A model generated the notes under the pieces. That model was not told the origin of the DNA. It searched no databases and was given only the letters and a program-made list of their open reading frames with translations. The translations under genes were made by a program, and so were the position numbers. Shown piece after piece: positions 9,364-18,514 of a stretch of 42,425 nt of DNA. This DNA is from Candidatus Nanoarchaeia archaeon (GTDB lineage Archaea > Nanobdellota > Nanobdellia > Pacearchaeales > GW2011-AR1). Each line of letters opens with the position of its first letter. Position 1 is the stretch's first letter. Location: positions 1 to 42,425 of the forward strand of contig JBGQNO010000005.1 in assembly GCA_041501125.1 (NCBI GenBank), given 5' to 3'.

Positions 9364-10173
9364 ATGAATGAAGTTAAAAAGATGGTAATTAAGCCCAAAA
9401 CACTCGGAGACGGGTTAGTGGGCATTTGCCTAGCTGAAGTTAGGATGCTGCCAGCCAGTTATTGTGTTGTTGGAGGCATAGCAACCCAGTCATATATTCC
9501 GTGGAATTATAGAAGGCCTACTTCAGACATTGATTTGCTTGTGCCAAAAGCTCTGAATTATGAAGAATTCAGAAAAATGATTTCACCTATAGCATCATAC
9601 TTTCAGGATAATGGATATGCTGTAGCTACAAAGAAAATGTCAAGAGCATATGCAATGGAATTAACAGATAAAAATGGTGAATCAATTATTGTAGAAGTTG
9701 CAAGAAGAAATGAAAAGAACTTTGAAAAGCATCAAAAAAGACTTGAAAGAGAACTGAAAAATGCAAGAAAAAAAATTATAGAAGGAAAAAATTTGACATA
9801 CTTTGTTGCAGCTCCGGAAGATATTATTCTTCCTAAACTTGTAAGATGCATTGGCTCACTCAAAAGAGATAGTGGCTTAAGCAAGCTTGTTCCGATGGAA
9901 TTAAAAGGAGTTTCTGCAGAAGATGCAGAAAGAAGGCTCAGGTATATTAATTCATTAAGGGAGGAAGCAACATACTCTCCTGCAGATGCTGTTTTGGCAG
10001 AAAGATTAAGATTTGTATCGGATTTGTATGACATGAGAGTTCTCTCTGAAATTGCAGGGCTTAATCCAGATTATTTTAAAACTGCAAGTGAAGATTGGGA
10101 TACTATTAAGGACAATACTAAGGAAAGAGAAACAATTTTTTCACATATACTGCCTGACATGGGAGGCTTGTAA
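9364..10173 (+). CDS. Pol-beta superfamily nucleotidyltransferase (AbiEii-like)
   Basis: VVGGIA...R.TSDIDL, EDIILPKL, DLYD; start moved to ATG 21 bp after TATA. Confidence 0.7.
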   Translation: MNEVKKMVIKPKTLGDGLVGICLAEVRMLPASYCVVGGIATQSYIPWNYRRPTSDIDLLVPKALNYEEFRKMISPIASYFQDNGYAVATKKMSRAYAMELTDKNGESIIVEVARRNEKNFEKHQKRLERELKNARKKIIEGKNLTYFVAAPEDIILPKLVRCIGSLKRDSGLSKLVPMELKGVSAEDAERRLRYINSLREEATYSPADAVLAERLRFVSDLYDMRVLSEIAGLNPDYFKTASEDWDTIKDNTKERETIFSHILPDMGGL

Positions 10174-10175
10174 AA

Positions 10176-10581
10176 ATGGCACTCGAAAAAAATAATTGTT
10201 CATATTGAAGATAACTCTGATTTAAGAGAGTTGGTCAAAGACTATCTTAAACTGCCTGATGTCAAATTAGTTCAATTCTCAAACCTTAGAGATTTTAGGC
10301 TTTGGCATGTGTCAAATCATGGTGGAGATTTATACATTTGTGATGGAAGTTTCCCTGAAAAGCCAGGACAAGAAGGTAAAGTACTTTGGCCAAGAGTTGC
10401 CAGCATTGTTTCTTTGATAAACAAACTCAGTTTATACACTACAAAAGGTATAATTCTTACGAGTGGTAAACCACAAGCCACAAAAAATTATGAGCCCTTT
10501 CCGATTGTTCAGGTAATACAAAAGCCATTCCAGTGCAGCGAACTAGTTTCAGCAGTAGAAAAATATCTTTGCGATAAGTAA
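10176..10581 (+). CDS. Stand-alone CheY-like receiver domain; apparent frameshift in A7 run near start
   Basis: IIVHIEDN acidic pocket, DLYICD, IILTSG, KPF; ATG at 10176 is out of frame by one base. Confidence 0.7.
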
Positions 10582-10638
10582 TTCTATGAGTCTATTCAAA
10601 TTCTGAAGTTTTAAATATCTCAATTCTTTATCAATTCA

Positions 10639-12078
10639 ATGGAAAACGAGGTCAAATTAAAGTCCGGACTTGAGATACATCAGCAGCTTGACACTAAGAA
10701 ATTATTCTGCGCATGTCCTAGCATTTTGAGGCAGGAAGAGCCTGACTACACTGTAAAAAGAAAACTGCATCCAGTCGCTGGAGAAACCGGCGAGATTGAC
10801 ATTGCAGCCAAGTTTGAAGCAATAAAGAATCTTGAATTTGAATACCAAGCTTACAATGATAACACTTGCCTTGTTGAACTTGATGAAGAGCCTCCACATC
10901 AGATTAACTCTGATGCGCTTAAAATCGCGTTGCAGATTTCTCTTTTGTTAAATGCAGAAATAATTCCATACACTCAAGTCATGCGCAAGACTGTAATTGA
11001 TGGTAGCAATGTTTCTGGATTTCAAAGGACTGTACTAATTGCAAGAAATGGCTATCTAGACACAGAAGAAGGTAAAGTCGGCATTGCAACAATCGCGCTT
11101 GAAGAAGATGCAGCAAGAATAATAAGCAGGCACGAAAACAAAATAATATACCGGCTGGACAGGTTAGGAATTCCGCTTGTTGAAATCGCGACAAACCCTG
11201 ATATTAAAACACCACAACAGGCAAAAGCCACTGCATTAAAGCTTGGTGAGATTCTCAGGGCTTGCAAAGTTAAACGCGGAATAGGAACAATACGCCAGGA
11301 CGTTAATATGTCGATCTCAATCGGAAAAGAGCAGGGCTCAAGAATAGAAATCAAAGGCGTCCAAGAGCCTGACTTAATTGAGAAAACAATTCTTACAGAG
11401 ATTGAAAGGCAAAAGCCTCTTGTTAATGAAAACAAAAGCATTCCAGAAGTCCGAAAAGCTCTTGAAACCGGACATACCGAGTTTCTCAGGCCATTGCCAG
11501 GAGCATCACGAATGTATCCTGAAACTGACATCCCTTTGCTGCATATCTCCAGAGAAATGATTAATGAAGCCAAAGCAACTCTGCCAAGATTAAAATCAGA
11601 GCTAAAGAGCGAATTAAAGGCAGGCGGCTTGAGCGAAGAAATGACAAAACTTATTCTTCAGGAGAATAAACTGGAAGACTTCAAGGAACTCATGGTGATT
11701 ACTAAGAATGCAAATCTCATTGCAAAAGTTTTAGTCTTGTGGCCGCGCGAATTACAGACAAAGTTGAATCTCAAACCAGAGAAAATAAATGAAAAGCTTT
11801 CCTTGGATGTCTTGGAAACAATCCTCCAGGTATACAATGAAGGAAGCATGCAAGAATCCGAAATCAAGCACATTCTTGAGAAAATACTTCTTGGAACTTC
11901 TGTAAGCGAAGCATTAAAGAAGGAAAAGGTCTCTAACTTAGAAGAGGATATCCTAAAACTTATAAAAGAGAAGCCAGGCTTGTCAATTAATGCATACATG
12001 GGCTTGGCAATGGCAAAATTCAAAGGCAGAGTCTCAGGAAAAGAAATCATGGATATCCTCAAGAGGATAGTAAAATGA
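10639..12078 (+). CDS. gatE: Glu-tRNA(Gln) amidotransferase subunit E (short form)
   Basis: GLEIHQQL, RKTVIDGSNVSGFQRT, KRGIGTIRQDVN, RPLPGASRMYPETD. Confidence 0.93.
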   Translation: MENEVKLKSGLEIHQQLDTKKLFCACPSILRQEEPDYTVKRKLHPVAGETGEIDIAAKFEAIKNLEFEYQAYNDNTCLVELDEEPPHQINSDALKIALQISLLLNAEIIPYTQVMRKTVIDGSNVSGFQRTVLIARNGYLDTEEGKVGIATIALEEDAARIISRHENKIIYRLDRLGIPLVEIATNPDIKTPQQAKATALKLGEILRACKVKRGIGTIRQDVNMSISIGKEQGSRIEIKGVQEPDLIEKTILTEIERQKPLVNENKSIPEVRKALETGHTEFLRPLPGASRMYPETDIPLLHISREMINEAKATLPRLKSELKSELKAGGLSEEMTKLILQENKLEDFKELMVITKNANLIAKVLVLWPRELQTKLNLKPEKINEKLSLDVLETILQVYNEGSMQESEIKHILEKILLGTSVSEALKKEKVSNLEEDILKLIKEKPGLSINAYMGLAMAKFKGRVSGKEIMDILKRIVK

Positions 12079-12548
12079 AAAAAGAGAATATCACAAAACT
12101 TTTCATCTCAATAATGCTATGCCAACTGGCAGGACTCGTCGGTTTAATCTATACGCAGAAATCAATTTCAACATGGTATCCAACTCTTATCAAGCCGGCA
12201 TTCATGCCAGCAAGTTGGTTGTTCGCACCTGTCTGGATTGCCTTGTTCTTGTTGATGGCAATCGCACTTTATCTAGTTTGGAAAAAAGACAAGAAAATGA
12301 ATATCAATTCAGCAATGGTCCTGTTCAGCATACAACTCTTGTTAAATGTGATGTGGTCTGTATTTTTCTTTGGCATGCGAAATCCACTTTACGGATTCAT
12401 CGATATTATACTGCTAGGGCTGGCAATCCTGGCAACAATCCTGAGTTTCTGGAAAATCTCAAAACCCGCAAGCTACTTGATGGTTCCATACATTTTATGG
12501 GTAATATTTGCAGCTGTGCTTAACTTCTATATTCTAAAGCTCAATTGA
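12075..12548 (+). CDS. tspO: TspO/MBR family tryptophan-rich sensory protein
   Basis: WYPTLIKP.F.P..WLFAPVW, PYILWV.FA..LN. Confidence 0.92.
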   Translation: MKKENITKLFISIMLCQLAGLVGLIYTQKSISTWYPTLIKPAFMPASWLFAPVWIALFLLMAIALYLVWKKDKKMNINSAMVLFSIQLLLNVMWSVFFFGMRNPLYGFIDIILLGLAILATILSFWKISKPASYLMVPYILWVIFAAVLNFYILKLN

Positions 12549-12554
12549 TTTAAT

Positions 12555-12632
12555 TAAGTTTAGAACACATTATGCCTGTCTTAAAGATGATTGCCCCTGT
12601 TCACCCCGACGGGTAAAACGTTTTTAATTTTA
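12555..12632. repeat. Family A repeat, copy 3 (short)
   Basis: GATTGCCCCTGTTC-ACCCCGACGGGT-AAAACGTTT; between convergent genes. Confidence 0.7.
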
Positions 12633-12670
12633 ATTTAAGTTAATAAAAAAATAAGAAAAAGAAAAAAGAT

Positions 12671-12862
12671 TTACTCTTTTACTGCCATGTATATCATCCA
12701 CAAAGCAGACAATCCTACTAAGACATAAACTATTTTTGCAAGTATACCTGCACCGAAAATTGAAGCTACTAAATCCAAGCCGAACAATCCGACAAGTCCC
12801 CAGTTCAAGCCGCCAATAATCACGAGTATCAAAGCAATCCAGTCTAGAACACTTTTCTCCAT
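12671..12862 (-). CDS. DUF378 family small membrane protein
   Basis: LVIIGGLNWGLVG...Y.LVGLSA; AGGAGGT Shine-Dalgarno upstream. Confidence 0.9.
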   Translation of the reverse strand: MEKSVLDWIALILVIIGGLNWGLVGLFGLDLVASIFGAGILAKIVYVLVGLSALWMIYMAVKE

Positions 12863-12969
12863 TTTAAACCTCCTTTTTGCATTTAATTATACTAATCCTA
12901 CTAGTCATCGAGAATATATAAGCTTTCCTCCAAGGTTAATTTTATAAATGCCCGAGGTTTTAGAGGAAA

Positions 12970-14250
12970 ATGGAACGAAGCTATATCAGCCATATTCTCG
13001 AAAATAAGAAAGAACAACCAGTTTTAATAAAAGGATGGGTCCACGACACCCGGGATTTAGGAAAGGTAAAATTCCTTGTTCTAAAAGATATTACAGGCAG
13101 AATCCAGGTAACAGCATTAAAAGATAAGGCTAACAAGAAGATATTTGAGCAGATAGACAAAATTCCACGAGAAAGCGTTGTAGCAATAGAAGGCAAAGCA
13201 GTAAAATCAAAGCAAGCACCAGGTGGAATTGAAATTGCTCCAGAGAAGATAGAAGTTCTTGGAACAGCAGAACAGCCATTGCCGATTGATGTTTCTGATT
13301 TCTCCAAAACCGAGCTTCCAAAAAGGCTTGATTATAGATTCCTTGATTTCCACAGAAGAAGAACCCAGGCAATATTCAAAATCCAGTCAGAAATCGCAAG
13401 CTCGTTCAGAGAGCACTTCAAAAACAAGGGTTATATTGAGATGCAGCCACCATGCATCATATCAGCAGCAAGCGAAGGTGGCACTGAACTTTTTCCAGTG
13501 CAGTATTTTGAGCAGAAAGCATATCTTGCACAATCTCCTCAGCTTTACAAGCAGATGCTTGCCTGCAGTATGGAAAAAACATTTATGACTACTCCTGTCT
13601 GGCGCGCAGAAAAACACAATACTCCAAGACATATTAACGAGATAAGACAAATGGACATTGAAGCAGCTTTCATGAACCAGACATCTGTCATGAAAGAGAT
13701 TGAGTATGTAGTTCAGCATATTGTAAAGAATGTTATGGCAAATTGCAAAGCAGAACTTGAAGAGCTCGGAATAAAATTAAAAGTTCCGAATGCAGTTTAT
13801 CTTGCGTATGAAGATGCTATTAAAAAAGTTGGAGGCAAGCCAGGAGACGACTTCACACCAGAAGAAGAAAAGAAGTTAGGTATAATGTATCCTGGAGACA
13901 TTGTTTTTACGCATTCGTGGCCTGCTTCAATCAAGCCATTCTACATAATGCCAAAAGGAGAAGACCCAAAAGCAAAATACAGCGAGGGTTTTGATGCATT
14001 GTATGGGGGCATGGAAATATCATCAGGTGGGCAAAGAATACACTTGCCAAAACTTTTGATTGAAAGAATAAAAGCCAAAGGACTTAATCCAAAAAATTTC
14101 AAAGCTTATATTGATTCATTCAGATATGGCGCGCCACCACACGCGGGCTGGTCAATTGGTTTGGAAAGATTAACACAAGTCATCTGCGGACTTGACAACA
14201 TCAAGGAAGCCACAATGTTTCCAAGAGACAGAGACAGGCTTACGCCATAA
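12970..14250 (+). CDS. aspS: Aspartyl-tRNA synthetase, archaeal type, probably non-discriminating
   Basis: GWVH..RDLG and QAPGG anticodon-domain residues, AQSPQLYKQ, GAPPHAG..IGLER. Confidence 0.93.
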   Translation: MERSYISHILENKKEQPVLIKGWVHDTRDLGKVKFLVLKDITGRIQVTALKDKANKKIFEQIDKIPRESVVAIEGKAVKSKQAPGGIEIAPEKIEVLGTAEQPLPIDVSDFSKTELPKRLDYRFLDFHRRRTQAIFKIQSEIASSFREHFKNKGYIEMQPPCIISAASEGGTELFPVQYFEQKAYLAQSPQLYKQMLACSMEKTFMTTPVWRAEKHNTPRHINEIRQMDIEAAFMNQTSVMKEIEYVVQHIVKNVMANCKAELEELGIKLKVPNAVYLAYEDAIKKVGGKPGDDFTPEEEKKLGIMYPGDIVFTHSWPASIKPFYIMPKGEDPKAKYSEGFDALYGGMEISSGGQRIHLPKLLIERIKAKGLNPKNFKAYIDSFRYGAPPHAGWSIGLERLTQVICGLDNIKEATMFPRDRDRLTP

Positions 14251-14257
14251 TATTAAA

Positions 14258-15052
14258 ATGAGAATTCTTGCGATAGGCGACCCTCACGGAAATTTAGATA
14301 AGATAAAACAAATTCCAGTTAAAGAAGCTGACTTGATTCTTTTGACAGGTAATTTAGGGAAATCAGATTTGATGCGCAGGATTGCATTTGAAAATGCTGA
14401 AAGGAAAAAGCGCGGGCTTCAAGAAAAAGAATATTCTCCTGCCCAAGAAAAAAGAGCTTTCATGGAAGCATACACCTCAACTATGCGAATTGTAAAATAT
14501 CTTGCAAGGTTTGCTCCTGTTTTTACTATTTTTGGAAATGTTGAGTCTTCAAATTATGAAACAAGGCAGTATTCTAAAAAAATTGGTTTATCTCTGCCTC
14601 TCCTTTATAATGATTTAAGTTCAATGCATAATGTTCGTATTATAAATAACAAGGTTGCAAATTTTGAAGGAATAAGAATAGGTGGTTTAGAATATTTCAT
14701 TGATACCAGCTGGATAAGAGAGTTCAAGCCGTCTGATTTTAAAGAAAGAATGGCTAAAGCCAAAAAAGAAACAGGAAAAGCAAGAAGAATTCTTAGCCAT
14801 TTCGGAAAAGTAGATATCCTGCTATGCCATCAGCCACCATATCATGTTCTTGATGAAGTAACATTTAAGGGAGCTCCAAAACATTGGCTTGGTAAGCATG
14901 CAGGAAGCAAGACAATTTATGACTATATTAAAAAATATCAGCCAAGATATGTCTTTTGCGGACATATGCACGAGGATGAAGGAATGAAAAAAGTCGGCGA
15001 AACAGAAGTTTATAATCTTGGTGTTGCAGGCTATAAAGTTATTAGTTTGTGA
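14258..15052 (+). CDS. Calcineurin-like metallophosphoesterase
   Basis: GDPHG, HQPP, CGHMHE; start moved to MRILAIGD. Confidence 0.85.
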   Translation: MRILAIGDPHGNLDKIKQIPVKEADLILLTGNLGKSDLMRRIAFENAERKKRGLQEKEYSPAQEKRAFMEAYTSTMRIVKYLARFAPVFTIFGNVESSNYETRQYSKKIGLSLPLLYNDLSSMHNVRIINNKVANFEGIRIGGLEYFIDTSWIREFKPSDFKERMAKAKKETGKARRILSHFGKVDILLCHQPPYHVLDEVTFKGAPKHWLGKHAGSKTIYDYIKKYQPRYVFCGHMHEDEGMKKVGETEVYNLGVAGYKVISL

Positions 15053-15086
15053 TTAACTTTATAAATTTCTTATTTCTACATCTAAC

Positions 15087-15311
15087 ATGGACACTGAACA
15101 GATCAAACAGCAAGCCAAGCAGATAATTGACAATTTTGTTTCTGCATTGGAAAAAATTGAAACCAAGGAAGAGCCTGTAGAGCGAATTAATGACAGAAGA
15201 ATGGAAAACACTCCGAAGGAAACAGACAAGGACTTCAGGAAAATCATGTTTGAGAACGCGCCAAACAAGAAAGGAGACTGCATAACTGCAGAAAAAGGAA
15301 AATGGATTTAG
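15087..15311 (+). CDS. gatC: Amidotransferase subunit C-like protein
   Basis: 74 aa, overlaps gatA start, C-terminal MFENAP. Confidence 0.7.
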   Translation: MDTEQIKQQAKQIIDNFVSALEKIETKEEPVERINDRRMENTPKETDKDFRKIMFENAPNKKGDCITAEKGKWI

Positions 15312-16588
15312 TTGAAAAAGTAAAACAACAGCTTGAACTTATTAAGAAAAAGAACAAAGAAATAAACTCAGTTCTTCAAGTAAATCCTGACGCCTTGGAA
15401 CAGGCAAAAGAAATTGAGAAAAAAATCAAGGCAGGAAAAGCAGGCAAACTCGCAGGCAAGACTATAATCATAAAATCGAACATAAATGTCAAAGGTCTTA
15501 ATGCTTCATGTGCAAGCAAAACACTTGAGAATTATAAAGCACCCTATGATGCAACAGTTATCGCAAGAATAAAGGAAGAAGATGGCTTGATTCTTGGAAT
15601 GGCTAATATGGATGAATTTGCATGCGGCTCAAGTGGCGAAACAAGTGCTTTTAATCCAACAAAAAATCCTGCAGATACAAGTTTGATTCCAGGAGGCTCG
15701 TCAAGTGGCTCAGCAGCAAGTGTTGCTGCAGGTTTCTGTGACATTGCCCTTGGAAGCGACACAGGCGGCAGCATTAGAAATCCAGCAAGCCATTGTGGAG
15801 TTGTAGGCGTAAAGCCAAGCTATGGATTAGTTTCAAGATATGGCTTGATAGACTTGTCAATGTCCCTTGACCAAATCGGCCCGATTGCACAAAATATTGA
15901 TGATGCTCTTTTAATGCTAAATGTAATAAGCGGAAAAGATGAAAATGATGCTACAACCTATGAAAGTGATGAGATAAAGCTTGAAAAGCTGAAAGAAATC
16001 AGAGTTGGCATACCAAAAATCTCAGCAGACAAGCAAATCTGGGATATTGTGCTTGCAAAGTTAAAAGAGCACAAGAATATCAAGACAAAAGAGATTGAAC
16101 TTCCTCATATTAATCTTGCTGTCCAGACTTATTATCCTTTAGTTTACGTAGAGTTTTTTTCAGGCACAAGAAAATTTGATGGTAGAAGATATGGCAAGAA
16201 AATAGAAGAATCCTGTGGAGAAGAAGTTCTAAGAAGAATTCTTGGCGGAAAAGAAATCAGCAGAGCAGAGTATCATGGAAGATATTATCACAAAGCATTA
16301 ATGGCAAAGCAAGTCATAAAAAAAGAATTTGAAAAAGCATTCCAGCAGGTAGATTTGATAGTCCTGCCGACAGTTCCAAGGCTTCCTCACAAGATTGGAG
16401 AAAAAATCTCAGTCGAAGAGATGTACAGCTATGATACTCTGACAATTCCTGCAAATCTTGCTGAAATCCCAGCAATGTCAATTCCAGTAGGTACAATCAG
16501 CAATGTTCCAGTCGGCTTGCAGATAATGGCTCCGCAATTCCAAGAAGGCAGAATGTTCTCACTGGCAAAACTTCTTGAAAACAAATAG
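15302..16588 (+). CDS. gatA: Asp/Glu-tRNA amidotransferase subunit A (amidase signature)
   Basis: NMDEFACG, PGGSSSGS, GSDTGGSIRNPA, EEVLRRIL.G. Confidence 0.92.
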   Translation: MDLVEKVKQQLELIKKKNKEINSVLQVNPDALEQAKEIEKKIKAGKAGKLAGKTIIIKSNINVKGLNASCASKTLENYKAPYDATVIARIKEEDGLILGMANMDEFACGSSGETSAFNPTKNPADTSLIPGGSSSGSAASVAAGFCDIALGSDTGGSIRNPASHCGVVGVKPSYGLVSRYGLIDLSMSLDQIGPIAQNIDDALLMLNVISGKDENDATTYESDEIKLEKLKEIRVGIPKISADKQIWDIVLAKLKEHKNIKTKEIELPHINLAVQTYYPLVYVEFFSGTRKFDGRRYGKKIEESCGEEVLRRILGGKEISRAEYHGRYYHKALMAKQVIKKEFEKAFQQVDLIVLPTVPRLPHKIGEKISVEEMYSYDTLTIPANLAEIPAMSIPVGTISNVPVGLQIMAPQFQEGRMFSLAKLLENK

Positions 16589-16622
16589 AAAGCCTTAAAA
16601 GCCCGGCATTCAAATTTCTGGC

Positions 16623-17084
16623 ATGGTTAATAAGATTAAAGCAAAACGACTCAAACTAGACATTTTTGGCTTAAACATGGATTTAGCCCATAAAAAACTG
16701 CTGGAATTCCTTAGAAAAAAAAATCTTTTGAACCCAAGATACTTATTCAGAGGCAGCGATATCCAAGAGATTCTTGTATCACGCAATGTTCCATTAAATG
16801 TAAGCAGAAATATTGAAGCTTCTTTTGAAGGTCTTGGTTACGACGACGCACCAAAAAATTCTATAGATTGTTTTACAGCAGAACAGATGAGAGCAATAGA
16901 CAGAGGCGAGTTAGACAAATTAAGCCCTATAGAATATACTTCAGAAACCGGAGAGTATGCAATTATTGTCTACAAGGCAAAATACCTTAAGTATCTTGGT
17001 GAAAGAACTGACTTTGAATACGAATTCAGAAATCCAGATAACAAATTCAATGCAGTGCAAAACTTTATTGTTCTAAGACCCTGA
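16623..17084 (+). CDS. Hypothetical protein
   Basis: 153-aa ORF with TATA-like CTTAAAA upstream. Confidence 0.65.
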   Translation: MVNKIKAKRLKLDIFGLNMDLAHKKLLEFLRKKNLLNPRYLFRGSDIQEILVSRNVPLNVSRNIEASFEGLGYDDAPKNSIDCFTAEQMRAIDRGELDKLSPIEYTSETGEYAIIVYKAKYLKYLGERTDFEYEFRNPDNKFNAVQNFIVLRP

Positions 17085-17463
17085 ATGCCAAATAAGAAAC
17101 AGATAAAAGTATCAAAAAGTGTATTACCAAGAACAAAAGAACAAAGTCAAGTGAATAACCAAGCAGATAGTATCTTATCTGCAGCAAAATACTTGTTACA
17201 GCCGAGATGACTAATGCTTTTACCCCAGGACTTTTAGTTTTTACAAAAAGCCACGTGATAAACGCGATTATTGTGCCAAATATTATCTTGTTCCTGAAAT
17301 ACCAGCTTGGCACAGCATACTCAGCTCTAAGCTGATGAATAAAGTAGTCAACCAGCGTAAATAAAAGAATAACAGCTAAAATAACAACAAATCCTGCTAA
17401 TAGTTTTTTAACATTCCAGCCAGATTTTATTTTAGTCTTGTTTGCCTTCATTTTACTCGACAA
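17065..17463 (-). CDS. Hypothetical 4-TM membrane protein
   Basis: Four hydrophobic segments; overlaps cupredoxin stop. Confidence 0.75.
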   Translation of the reverse strand: MSSKMKANKTKIKSGWNVKKLLAGFVVILAVILLFTLVDYFIHQLRAEYAVPSWYFRNKIIFGTIIAFITWLFVKTKSPGVKALVISAVTSILLQIRYYLLGYSLDFVLLFLVIHFLILLSVSYLAFRVLEQ

Positions 17464-17821
17464 TTATCTTTCCACTCATATAAGGATGTATCGCGCAGTG
17501 ATAAGAATATTTTCCTGCAGTTTTAAAGGTATGAGAATATACTTCTGCCCTATGAAGCACTGAAGAAGATATTTCATTTCCTGAATCAGATATTATCTGA
17601 TGAGGCCCATAATCAAGATTCATCCATATAACTGTCTCGCCCTTTTGTATTGTATAATTTTCAGGAACAAACGTAAAATTTATAATTCTGATGTCAGGCA
17701 CTGGCGGTACATAAGTTGCAGGAGCAGTTGACAAATTGCCTGGATATACATAAAGAAAGTAGTATAAACCTGCCACAATAACCAGCGCAGCAGCAATCCA
17801 TACCATCACCTGCCTTTTCAT
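17453..17821 (-). CDS. Membrane-anchored cupredoxin (plastocyanin/amicyanin-like)
   Basis: W.N.D..PH and YHCAIHPYM type-1 copper ligands. Confidence 0.9.
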   Translation of the reverse strand: MKRQVMVWIAAALVIVAGLYYFLYVYPGNLSTAPATYVPPVPDIRIINFTFVPENYTIQKGETVIWMNLDYGPHQIISDSGNEISSSVLHRAEVYSHTFKTAGKYSYHCAIHPYMSGKIIVE

Positions 17822-17881
17822 TTTTATCTAAGCCAAAATCTCTTTATAAATATTTTTAAACTTCCTTCTACATAATTAAAC

Positions 17882-18514
17882 ATGAAATATAAAAACATCT
17901 CAGTAGAATTACTGGAACAATCCGGGTTTCTTATTAAAAATAGTGCTGTAGTTTACATTGACCCATTTCAGCTCAAAACAGCAGAAAAAGCAGACATCAT
18001 TTTCATAACCCACGGGCATTATGATCATTGCTCATTGCCTGATATTGAAAAGATTGCAAGAAAAGGTACTATAATAGTAATTCCAGCAGCATGTCAGAGC
18101 AAAGTAATGAAACTGAAAGAAGATGTTGACATAAAAATAGTCAATCCTGGCGAGCAGGCAATAATCAAGGGAGTAAAAGTCAAGGCAGTTCCTGCATACA
18201 ACACAAATAAGTCAGCGCATCCAAAAGAAGACGGCTGGAATGGCTATGTCATTGATATTGATAATGTCAGGATTTACCATGCCGGAGATACTGACATAAT
18301 TCCAGAAATGTCTCCTTTAAGGGAAATAGACATTGCGCTTTTGCCTGTTGATGGCAAATTTGCGATGTCAGCAGAAGAAGCAGCCCAGGCTGCAGACATA
18401 ATCAAGCCAAGGATAGCAATTCCAATGCATTATGCCATTGCAGGCACAAAACAGGATGCTGAACTTTTTGTAAAGCTCTGCATGCAAAAAGGAATAAAGG
18501 CAGAGGTAATATAA
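17882..18514 (+). CDS. MBL-fold metallo-hydrolase (UlaG-like)
   Basis: THGHYDH, YHAGDT, IPMHY. Confidence 0.9.
   Translation: MKYKNISVELLEQSGFLIKNSAVVYIDPFQLKTAEKADIIFITHGHYDHCSLPDIEKIARKGTIIVIPAACQSKVMKLKEDVDIKIVNPGEQAIIKGVKVKAVPAYNTNKSAHPKEDGWNGYVIDIDNVRIYHAGDTDIIPEMSPLREIDIALLPVDGKFAMSAEEAAQAADIIKPRIAIPMHYAIAGTKQDAELFVKLCMQKGIKAEVI

Noticed and set aside
11052-12523. Long antisense or alternate-frame ORFs over gatE and tspO (and similar shadow ORFs elsewhere)
   Set aside because: Fully overlap well-supported genes and show no independent protein features
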